Positions 53,295 through 64,000 of a DNA stretch of 64,000 nucleotides are shown here, piece after piece. A program made the position numbers and the translations under genes. The notes below the pieces were generated by a model. It was not told the DNA's origin, did not search any database, and saw nothing but the letters and a program-made list of their open reading frames with translations. This DNA is from Eledone cirrhosa (taxonomy: Eukaryota): the NCBI GenBank assembly GCA_964016885.1, contig OZ024743.1, positions 9,796,001-9,860,000 on the forward strand. Reading direction: 5' to 3'. The number at the start of each line of letters is the position of its first letter. Position 1 is the stretch's first letter.

Positions 53295-54090
53295 GCGCGC
53301 GCGCGCGCGCACCCCCCCCCCCCCCCCCCCCCCACACACACACACAGCTTGTACAAACCAACAACAAACACGCACACACCTCTACACTTACTCCCACAGC
53401 TTTGTACGAACCATTGACTAATTCGTAAACGTATACACACATATCTTCACAGCTTCGTACTTATATCAAAGCACGCATGCGCACGTGCACACAGACACTT
53501 TTAAATTTATATGTACACACACATATTCGCTTAGCTTTGTACGGACAAATAACAAACATGCACACACGCATAGACTCACACGTACACGTACACGATCTAT
53601 ATACAGAACGGTTTTTTTTCTTTTGAAAAAAGACCAACTTATTTTCTCATACAACAACGCCAGAATCAGTTTTCCAAGAGATGGTCACTTGAATAGACCT
53701 GTTTCTTCTCACAGAAATCTTTTTCGTTTCTGTAACTGCGCACGCTCGTTTGTCTTTCTATGTCTTCTTTAATTTCTCATTCTATTTTCTGCTGAAAGAC
53801 TAGCGTCCGAAATTTAAGGCTCTCTTCCTACTATAACAAGAGTAAAACTAATGTATTTCTTCATTGTACTGTGTCGTTTGTGTGTGTGTGTATTTTTCAT
53901 TAAAACTAAAATTCAGCTTTGTTACAGTAGAGTTTCATAGGAGTTATTCAATGGCCCTGTTAATATACAAGTGAAGCTAGAGTAACAAGCCTGAAGCTCG
54001 GTTTCAATAAAGAATATATCAATCTCTGTTATGCTTTTGAGCACTCATTCTTGCTACCGTCAATAGAAATCTCTCTGTATATATATATAA

Positions 54091-54149
<59 letters not shown>

Positions 54150-54347
54150 TAACAGATTAAAGTTTAAGCAAAGAATCGCTGCTTTCACCCTTAACGGGAT
54201 ATTATATATATATACGTATGTGTGTGTGCGCAAGCACACAAACACACCCCTCCCTATATATAAATAAACATGTACATGCGCACACATGTGTACACAAGCA
54301 TGTATATGTAAATACACACACGCACACATATATATGCATTCACAGAT

Positions 54348-54384
<37 letters not shown>

Positions 54385-54392
<8 letters not shown>

Positions 54393-54772
54393 TAAGAGGA
54401 ATTCCAACTTTACTGATTTACTCGTTTTATTTACAATCCTTTAAAATTTATAATGGTATTATAATGAAATAGTATGATAGAATATTAAATTCTAAGTGTT
54501 AATTGAACAAGTACTTTCATGCTTTCGCAATCTTCAGGTTCATAATATGTGGTGACAGTCAAGTTTGCAATTTTCACTGTTGAAAATTGCAAACTTGACT
54601 GTCACCACATATTATGAACCTGAAGATTGCGAAAGCATGAAAGTACTTGTTCAATTAACACTTAGAATTTAATATTCTATCATACTATTTCATTATAATA
54701 CCATTATAAATTTTAAAGGATTGTAAATAAAACGAGTAAATCAGACAAAGTTGGAATTCCTCTTATTAATAT
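54385..54772. mobile_element. Near-perfect ~390-bp palindrome with a hammerhead in each arm
   Basis: Arms ~190 bp, 4-nt loop CTGT at 54577-54580; TGAAC-CTGAAGA-TTGCGAAAGCAT-GAAAGTACTT-GTTCA at 54615-54653 and its mirror. Confidence 0.9.
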
Positions 54773-54819
54773 AATCTTCTATACACAATCATACACACCC
54801 GTGTATATTTATCTATCTA

Positions 54820-54907
<88 letters not shown>

Positions 54908-55849
54908 ATATTGCGTTGCGTGCATATAGGAAAGCATTAAATGTTGCTGTCAAAAAGTTACATGCAGCTAATTTTAATCTATGTCATATGTTTACATTAA
55001 ATCAAACAGAAAACTTTTATTACAATTTTCGTCGAGCTAAATTCCCATTTGACAGAAACAATAAATCAGTAGTGATCTCTAGTCTAATCTTTAGATGTTT
55101 TTATATGTGTCTGCCGGTTTCGTTGTCCTCTCGCTGAATCTCTTTCACTCTCGCTTTAGCCGTACACTCGAAATAATACTAGATTTATATGTAAAAAAAT
55201 CGAAACAGAGAAAGAAATTGAGAATGAAAGAGAAAACAATACACATTCCGGAATAAATACACCTCTGTGTATTAAACAAATTATCGATTGTTCTAATTCA
55301 CCAAGTTGATGCACAAGACTACCATTTTCTTCCGTTTCCGCATAAGATGGATTTAAGATCAAATGATAGCAGACAGGCGAGACTATTGGATAAAATAGAA
55401 ACAAAAGAAAAAAAAAAAATACGGCTCACCATACTGTATGATTATACGAAAGTATTGTATAAAAGGCAGTATGTACAAGACGAAATATGTGTGGACAGTT
55501 TACGCTATGAAAGTGAGGTCAGTGTTAGAAGTTCACTAACGGATTCATAGAACACTAAAGTAAATCGAGAGCCGTATGTGAGTAACAAATGAGTTATGCA
55601 TTTTATTGTCTCAGACGAATATAGAAATATTTTTGAGAATATTATCAGCATTATTCGTCTGAAACACTTAAACACTTAAACACTTTTGGGACAAGCTACT
55701 GTCTATTTGGAGAAATTCAAACAAAAATATAATAGTAATATGATTTTAAAGAATATATAGTTCTGTTGAGTTGGTTCATTTTGTACAAATGGACTTTTAT
55801 TTGATGCCATTCATAACCTAACCTATGTCTATATGGACGACTAAAAGTT

Positions 55850-55896
<47 letters not shown>

Positions 55897-56283
55897 GTAG
55901 AACGAAGTAAGTGTGGTAAGGAACCAGGTGGACCATAACGCACCAGAGTACTCGATACTTAAGGTAGTAAAGTGGGTAATAGCAAAAGAGTCAGCGCCCC
56001 GATGGCTGAGCTCCGGCCGTTTCGACAGCTAGATAGAATTCTAGTAATTAGTCTGATTATTACTAGAATTCTATAAGAATCAAACATTCATGATTTTCAG
56101 CAAACAGGTGGAGTAGTTAGAGATCTGTCAGCTTTATCTCCCCTGTTTGCTGAACATTTAAAGTAAATGAGACTGTCACTTCTCTAAAACAATAGCGTAA
56201 AGTCTTCGAAATGCTTTTAATTAAGCATACAGTGTATTGCAAAATACACTATATATACATTCATATATATATATAAATATATC

Positions 56284-56353
<70 letters not shown>

Positions 56354-56536
56354 TAAACGGAATAGAAAATGCTGACAAATTGTTCACAGTTGAAAAATGG
56401 TTTAATTAGGAATAAAAGAGTACCCAGGACCTTAGACACCCTAAAGTAAATCAACCGAAACTAAACGCTCTTCCATACATCTCCACACAACCCCCTCAAC
56501 AATGACGCCGTTGACACCATCCTCCAGAACATCCCT

Positions 56537-57079
56537 GTGTTGAAAAAGGACCATAGAATGAACCAAATCCTACGAACACACGATATCATAAAGAGCAAAA
56601 GACAATCTAAGTCAATGAAAAACATCCTAACACATGCCAAAGTACTGCCAACCACAACAACGAAACCCACAGTAAAAAAATGCGATAGACCCAACTGTGG
56701 CATTTGCATCAACCTAATAGAGGGTTCGGAATTCTATTTCAAAGAAGGACAACGTTTTATAGTAAAACACAATTTCACATGTGCATCGGAAAATCTAATA
56801 TATGTATTAACTTGCTCAGGTTGTCGAGAACAATACATAGGCCAGACCAAAAACAGCCTCCGCCAACGCATGACTGTCCATAGATCCCACATTAAAATAC
56901 GTGAATACAGGAAAATACCACTGAGTGAACACACTGATACCTGTGCCGCCCAAAATCATCCCAGCTTCAGAATCTTTCCCCTCTACAAATTTAAAGATAA
57001 TGCCACCCACACCCAGCGCATCAGCAAGGAATCTTACTTCATTAACAAATACGGACCCCGTCTAAACACTTCTCCCTAA
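56537..57079 (+). CDS. GIY-YIG endonuclease domain (C-terminus of a truncated PLE ORF)
   Basis: Cys linker CDRPNCGIC; NLIYVLTCSGCREQYIGQT..LRQRMTVH..H..R..KESYFI..PRLN. Confidence 0.9.
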   Translation: MLKKDHRMNQILRTHDIIKSKRQSKSMKNILTHAKVLPTTTTKPTVKKCDRPNCGICINLIEGSEFYFKEGQRFIVKHNFTCASENLIYVLTCSGCREQYIGQTKNSLRQRMTVHRSHIKIREYRKIPLSEHTDTCAAQNHPSFRIFPLYKFKDNATHTQRISKESYFINKYGPRLNTSP

Positions 57080-57443
57080 GACGAACCCACAACATACACA
57101 CGTCAACATACATACCTACATCAGCACACATCTCTACCCACATATAAACACAATGACATACGTAAACACACATGCTCTATGGTGCAACACAAAAAAATAT
57201 ATGTGTATATATATATATATATATAGTGAATATATGTATGTGTATATATATATAGTGAATATCATTTCACACCTTTTATTGTTAAGATTTTTGATGTTCT
57301 ATTAAGAGAACCGATTTTACTGAAAAAATCGAATAATGTACACCATTTTACCAGGGGGAAAAAAATACTGGTCCACCCACACACACACACACATATATAT
57401 ACACACACACATACACACGCGTATATTAACATACAAAGAGACT

Positions 57444-57488
<45 letters not shown>

Positions 57489-57597
57489 TTCTCCGTATAA
57501 GACAAAAGCTGAAAAATATCTTTTGACATGCTAAAATACCCCCCATTGCTTTCAGACACATTCTTACTGACCATCCCTGCTACCACGAATTACTCTG

Positions 57598-57653
<56 letters not shown>

Positions 57654-58070
57654 ATCTTAATAGCCATTTGACACACATCCCTGCTAACCATTATCACAAC
57701 ATCGAACACCTTACTACTACTACACACACACACATATTTGTTGTGAAAGAGTCATTTCTCAATCTTGGCGCAAAACCAATTTTTTATTCACATGACCTCT
57801 ACCGACCAATCAAAATTGTTTTGACCACAAGAATTTTTGCAAACACCAAGTAGCGCTGGAGCCACTTTTTTTAACATAAAAACAGTCCTGGCGCAAAATC
57901 AATTTTTTACATTCACATGACCTCTACCGACCAATCAAAATTGTTTTGACCACAAGAATTTTTGCAACACCAAAGTAACACTGGAGCCACTTTTTTAACA
58001 TAAAAACAGCTAGAATTCCCAAAACTAATCAGATCAGAGCAAACAACACGGACATTCTATCTCAAAATTA

Positions 58071-58108
58071 TTTTTGAAAAGCATTTAGAAATGCGCAACC
58101 GGTAAAAA
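58071..58108 (+). ncRNA. Hammerhead motif with U3-A8 core and an A13C substitution
   Basis: TTT-TTGAAAA-GCATTTAGAAATGC-GCAACCGGTA-AAA in the PLE pLTR. Confidence 0.55.
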
Positions 58109-58263
58109 CTTAAAAACTTAAAACCACAACTGAATACTAACCCATACAATACTAATACTCTTTTATTCCTAATTAAACCATTTTTCAACTGTGAACAATT
58201 TGTCAGCATTTTCTATTCCGTTTACCAATATATAATAACTTGTGTGTTACACCTCTATTCTTT

Positions 58264-58341
<78 letters not shown>

Positions 58342-59519
58342 ACAGAGAAATATGGGAAACCAAAGCACAAGATTAACTGTAACAACAGAAGATCGCAAAA
58401 AGGAATACCTTTAAAAAATGGCTAAGATACACCTAGACAGTATACCGCTCAAACTCTGGCCGAATACAGTAACAATTAAGCTATGTAGCAGCTGACCACA
58501 GTTTCCATCAAAATTATATAGCTATACTGAACAACTCTTGTACTAACCTATATTCGAAATTAGGTTAGTATATATGCATCACTATTTTCCTTACTGTGTC
58601 TTTTCACTCTCTTTCTTTTAATCTTTTTGTCATTAATATTACACAACGAGGGAAGGTGAGGTTTTATATTCCACAACACTGTGACATTAGTAACAGAAAA
58701 ACAATGGTATGACCGAACCGAATCTGGAACATATGAATATATTGCTTCCAATGTTCTACTGGAGTTCACTTGTTTCTTCATCAAATTCAGTAATATATGT
58801 AGTAACAATATTTAGCAAATGTGTCAGTGGATTTCTGAAGCTCTACAACTGATGGAAAAATTAGTTGGAAGAGAAATTTCAAAGCGCTGCATTTTCTGGC
58901 GTAATTGTTTAAGTAATATCTTTAGTTTTATTGTTTGTATTTCGAAAGTAATTAGTAGCCATAATATTAATTCATTCTTGAAGACTTTTTATTATCAAAA
59001 ACAGTTTTGGAATGTTTCATCAATTCAACGATTTTTATTTCTTTCTAGCGATGATTGCTTCTTTTTTTTATATTGATCTGTCACGTTAGCAAAAGGTCAC
59101 ATATTTTTATCAGTGGTAGGTGAGTGTACGTACGTAATTGAATCAATTCGATATCAAGAGTAATATTTATTATATTGACCCCTATAAATTCAACGTCAAC
59201 AACATTTCTACTTATAACGTAAACTACGTATTTAGCGCAATATTTGCTGGATTCTAATAACAATTCTAATTTAAGTACAAGTTTGAAGGAGAGGAGAGTC
59301 AATGAAGCAGACCTACTAACCTCTAAAACCATAAACGAGGAGACCATTAAAATCAAAGTGCCCCCAAACGAGTAGAAATGAGGCAAAATGTGGAGATTTT
59401 ATATAATGAAATCCTTACCTAATTTTCACTAGAGAATTCATCTCTACCCTACCTCAAATGGGTGGGAGATCTCCCCGTCCGACGGGGAGAGTTGACAGTT
59501 CTGATGATGTCGATGTAAG

Positions 59520-59640
59520 CTTGACTTTAGAAGGATGAAAGGCAAATATAACTTCGATCGGATCGGAACTCATAATATAGAGAGCTGTAACTAAATGACG
59601 TAATGAATTTTGTCCGACGCATTAACGATTCTGCCAATCC
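59520..59640 (-). mobile_element. SINE 5' half, diverged
   Basis: GGATGAAAGGCAAA..GAACTC..CGATTCTGCCAATCC. Confidence 0.65.
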
Positions 59641-60196
59641 AAGGTCATTTTGTTGATTTTAATAAACATCAAAGAGAGTGACTAATGTTTGAAAGGATAG
59701 AGCGTCGAACTAAATTAAGCGACGAATGAAAACAGTAAAAGGTTTACGTCTTCTGATCTCTTCATTGTTGATTCTAACTTTCATCGTTGGGTCAATAGAA
59801 TGAATACCAGCTAGGTACGGTGATTTATTAAATTGATTAATCAATAATTTATTCAATTGCCTACATCTCTCACCTGATTAAAATATGTGACCTGATTTGA
59901 AAATGTGTCGATCTTAGATCAATAATAACGTACTAATAAACGATAATTTCAATTAACTTTTATATATTTTAAAAAGAAAAATCATGTATCTACAAATCTT
60001 CTATTTCCTTTCGTTCTCGCAGTATACACACACATGCACACACACACATACACACACACATACACACACACATACACACGCACACACACATACATGCACA
60101 CACACACGCACATATATATAAATATTTATGTATATATATAACTATACATATATATATGTATATCCATATATAAATATATATATGTATATACATACA

Positions 60197-60283
<87 letters not shown>

Positions 60284-60296
60284 TTATATATATATA

Positions 60297-60415
60297 TAGT
60301 AATAATAATAAATTTGAAGACTAAAATCCAAAGAGGGCTTGATAAGGATAAATATATACCCAATATATAAGACCCGTAGAGCAAATATATATATATATAT
60401 ATATATAAAAATATA

Positions 60416-60484
<69 letters not shown>

Positions 60485-60936
60485 AGATATGTACATATAT
60501 ATATATATATATATATATTGTTATATTTGGGGAGGGTCATATTTGTGTAATATTGCCAGAATTAATAACAGAACACACTCATATATGTATATATATATAC
60601 ATATATATACATATATATACATATATATTTATATATATATATATACACAGAGAACGTCTCTATGAACCACCTAAGAGAACATTAGTCTACGACTTGTGTT
60701 ATACCATAAACGTGTAATTGTTTTTCACCGCTCCCATTAATGACGTATTATTTTCTTTTTTTCCCGTTCTTTGCCAGCGAACGTTACCACGAACCAAAGT
60801 ATCGTCTTCCTGTCTTCCTCCGGTTGCAACGTTTTTTGAAATATCTACTTCTGCGTTTACAGATTGACTTTGTTAGTTTCAGAAGATCCTGTTAAGGGGG
60901 AAAGCAGCGATTCTTTGCTTAAACTTTAATCTGTTA

Positions 60937-60943
<7 letters not shown>
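60297..60943. mobile_element. Pieces of the same families as 23993-24400, separated by (TA)n
   Basis: 60297-60385 matches 23993-24085 directly; 60650-60943 is the reverse complement of ~24085-24395; CAGAAGA hammerhead at 60875-60925. Confidence 0.85.
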
Positions 60944-60970
<27 letters not shown>

Positions 60971-61003
60971 TGAGAAAAACCACAGATCCTCCATCTCAAC
61001 TCA

Positions 61004-61041
61004 CCTTTTGAAAAGCAGAAGAACTGCGAAACCGGTAAAGG
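61004..61041 (+). ncRNA. Minimal type I hammerhead with U3-A8 covariant core
   Basis: CCTT-TTGAAAA-GCAGaagaaCTGC-GAAACCGGTA-AAGG, then AATAAA; solo module between (TA)n tracts. Confidence 0.7.
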
Positions 61042-61110
61042 AACCAAATAAATATATATATTTTTTTAAAAAATAAGACTCCAGTTGCATTTTCGATTTC
61101 ATCTCTTTTT

Positions 61111-61191
<81 letters not shown>

Positions 61192-61216
61192 GTATACTAA
61201 ACAATACAATATAATT

Positions 61217-61286
61217 ACCTCATTACCAGAGGTTTCCCGAATAAGAGGAATACGAAAAACGTCCTCATTCGTTCGTCGGACAAGGC
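61217..61286 (-). ncRNA. Type I hammerhead with CCGACGA core at the 3' end of the PLE
   Basis: GCCTTGT-CCGACGA-(long stem II: CGAAT.GAGGA..TCCTC..ATTCG)-GAAACC-TCT-GGTA-ATGAGGT. Confidence 0.65.
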
Positions 61287-62499
61287 AATTTAAAACATAG
61301 TGAAATATTTGAAAAGTTTCCTCAAGAAAGGCAAGAGTTTAACGGGCAAAAGATATATAAATAAAAGTAATGCAAGAGAAATATAAAAAAATAAGGAAAT
61401 ATAGTTAGGGTATGTGTATATGTAAGTATATACACTCACAAATATACATATGTATGTATGTACAAATGCATGTGTATGGTGAAAATATGTGCGTAAGTAC
61501 ATACATGAGGGCAAGTATATTTGACACCACATACGTATATAATATGTGTTGAAAAAGAAATTGTAAGATAATATAGTTAACACGCATCCAGATACAGGTA
61601 TTAAATATACATACGAGTATGAAAGCACGCGTATAAACACACATACACACGCGTGGTCACTTATATGCGGAAGATAAAGAGGGAAGGGAGTGTAATATTA
61701 AAAAGATTTGTCATTCTCGATATATGTATAAAAATAAAACAATATATGAGAATGAAAAAAAATTTTAAATAAAAGAGAAAGTAATCAATTAACACTAGAA
61801 AACAAACTTAGGTACGCACGTACACACATATATATATAACAATATTTATACACACAAATACGTACAGACTAAATCGCATGCATGCGTACATACATTCACA
61901 CGAGGCACGTATATATATATATCGCCACATGTATATCTAATCACACGCACGTACGCGACTATATATATATATACATATATACATACACACCCATACATAC
62001 ATATACATATACACACATATACATACACATACATTCGCCCGCATACACACGCACGTATAAATAAGTATGTAAAAAACATAGATATAAAAAAACATAGATA
62101 TAAAAACACACATACACACACATATATATACGTACGCACGCACACATACGGAGGCGTTCGTATACATATACAGAACGTATACGCACATATGCACACTCAC
62201 GCATAGATACAGATTATAAACCAGCCGTATGAATAAATGAGTACAAATATATAATCGGCTGCGAAACAACAGAATATATCTGGTGTGGAAAACGCAAGTG
62301 ATAAGTGATATCAGGGAGTGAAAGAAAATGGGGAAGTAAAATGTGGAAAGTGAAAATATTAGGTAAGTGAATCGAAAAGTGTGTGTGTGGGGGGGGGGGG
62401 GTTTACTGGTGGATGTGAAGTAAAAATAAAAATAAAATTAAAAATAAAGTTAAAAATGAAATTAAATCAGAAAGAGAAGTCTGTAAAGAGGATAATTTT

Positions 62500-63099
62500 T
62501 TAAGGAAAGTGAAGAATAAGAATTGATGGAGGATAAGTATCTGAAAGTGAGTTAAGTTTATATGAGCTGGAAAGCAAGTGTGATTTCATGTGTGGGCAAC
62601 TGGTGAAAATTTCTGTTTTTGTATTTAGGCAGGTTTTTGGTGATTTAAGGTTCTGTAAAATCCAATATTTTTCACTTATGCAGAGTGTGCATCTTCTTGT
62701 TCCTCTTGCATATTCTTTAGATTGGTTCAAAATTGACCAATCCAATTTATATTGGATACCTTGGTCTTTCAAATCCCATATTCTGCTAGCCAGAGCTGTT
62801 GTGAATTTCTTTTCCGGGTGCCGGAAAGATGCGACATGTGAGTAATAACGCGTTTTGAATTTGTCTTGTGTCATACCCACATATCGTTCGCTGGGAGCTG
62901 GTTGGTTCTTGCTGCTGGTTGTCACTTTAGCCACATTTACAATGGCTTTGGTGTTGCATTTACCTTGTAATGGGCATTCACTTTTGACTCTACAGGAGCA
63001 ATTTTGATGTTCTCTGGGTGATTTCTTATTGATGATATAAGATTTAATAGGGGGACCGCAGGAGTAGCTAATTTTGACACAGTTTCTATTGAAGATCAT
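62500..63099 (-). CDS. PLE linker and GIY-YIG-type endonuclease, open part of a disrupted ORF
   Basis: 199-aa ORF with CSCRVKSECPLQGKC, YVGMT, CTLC..EK and LN..TEI..CPH. Confidence 0.8.
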   Translation of the reverse strand: MIFNRNCVKISYSCGPPIKSYIINKKSPREHQNCSCRVKSECPLQGKCNTKAIVNVAKVTTSSKNQPAPSERYVGMTQDKFKTRYYSHVASFRHPEKKFTTALASRIWDLKDQGIQYKLDWSILNQSKEYARGTRRCTLCISEKYWILQNLKSPKTCLNTKTEIFTSCPHMKSHLLSSSYKLNSLSDTYPPSILILHFP

Positions 63100-64000
63100 A
63101 TAGTATCTATGTGTTCTAGGGAAATGTTTATCTAAGAGCTCTAGGAATTTTTTTGCCTACATTAGTTTTATCTGCTAGAAAGTAGGGGGGGTGAACCAGA
63201 TTATTTTTCTTTTCCTATTATTATGTTTAAAAGAGTTAGTATTGTTGGGTATGTACTTAATCGGTTAGCTAAATCCGCTATTTTGAAGGGCTTTATTATA
63301 GTAGGGGGATGCCTTATTGAAAATAGCTTATGAGGAAGAGAGGGTGTAGATCCTACGGCTAATATTAGGGATAAGGTTTTTAGAAACTATAGGAGGATGG
63401 CAAGAGCCTTTATTTATATATTTTAAATTTTCATTAGGTTTATGGTACGGTTTATAAGAAGCAGTAGGCAGATCTAGGTTTATATCTAGAAAATTAACAT
63501 TGGAAAGGTTAGTGTCAATAGTAAGTTTAAGATTAAAACTAGCGAAGTTTTTTTATTAAGTCTTTCCTTAATCTATCTAAGTTATGGCCTATGGTGGTAT
63601 TGGAATATAAAGCCCAAAAATATGGTTAGGGAATTTTTCTTTAAGTGTGTGTAGGAGGAATAGGCCGACTAAATCACAAACATCAGCACTGTCAAAAGAA
63701 CCCCTTGAGACATCGAATGGGTTCTCTGGGTTAGATATTTTTACCCAAGTGTCATTATCAGTAAAGAGTAGAGTGTTTCTAGCATGCAAGATGACATTCT
63801 CTTCAATATCAGAAATATTGGTAAACTTTCTAGCGAAATGTAAGGCTTTCGCTAAAAAAGTCTGAGTGATAGACGGGTAGAAATCTACAATGTCAAATTG
63901 GGTGAATCTAGAACTATTTTTATCTTTAATATTATTAAACCAATGTACTACGGAAGAGCTATTTATCCATTGGAGTAATGCAGACTTACTTCTAATCTGT

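Larger units (their letters stand above)
56349..58265 (+). mobile_element. 5'-truncated Neptune-like PLE with an inverted 5' pLTR piece
   Basis: 56349-56422 is the reverse complement of 58156-58229; GIY-YIG ORF inside; ~122-bp tandem duplication at 57768-58010; lies within (TA)n. Confidence 0.88.
61190..64000 (-). mobile_element. Penelope-like element, probably Hydra clade: RT plus C-terminal endonuclease, degraded, runs off the window
   Basis: RT: QFDIVDFYPS, FDVSRGSFDSADVCDLVGL..GLY; IIWFTPP; IFNRNCVKISYSC; CxCx5C (CSCRVKSEC); YVGMT..FKTRY..H; CTLCISEK; ends at (TA)n. Confidence 0.85.

Noticed and set aside
53785-53820. CTGAAAGACTAGCGTCCGAAA hammerhead-like remnant
   Set aside because: Core is incomplete and stems I and III do not pair; at most a decayed pLTR

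Overview
AT-rich, microsatellite-dense eukaryotic DNA, almost entirely transposon-derived. I found no convincing host protein-coding gene, rRNA, tRNA or CRISPR array. The dominant tRNA-headed SINE and the CORE-type SINE resemble octopod cephalopod SINEs; this is pattern recognition, not a database result. Recognisable elements are: a rearranged Ty3/Gypsy remnant (1-2012), about a dozen SINE copies, three CRE-clade LINE pieces, degraded CR1/L2, R4/Dong and RTE LINE fragments, four Penelope-like elements (PLEs) and several MITE/foldback elements. Two things stand out. (1) About ten type I hammerhead ribozyme motifs lie in short modules, nearly all beside or between (TA)n tracts. Several have non-canonical cores (U3-A8 covariant UUGAAAA, CAGAAGA, CCGACGA), and several sit in long inverted repeats. 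(2) A compact ~3.2 kb island (32535-35750) holds a foldback around a GC-rich coding-like insert, a 119-aa BACK-like ORF and a three-exon SGNH/GDSL esterase gene with 55-57 nt introns that the ORF track misses. All folds, alignments and translations were done by eye; boundaries of degraded elements are approximate.
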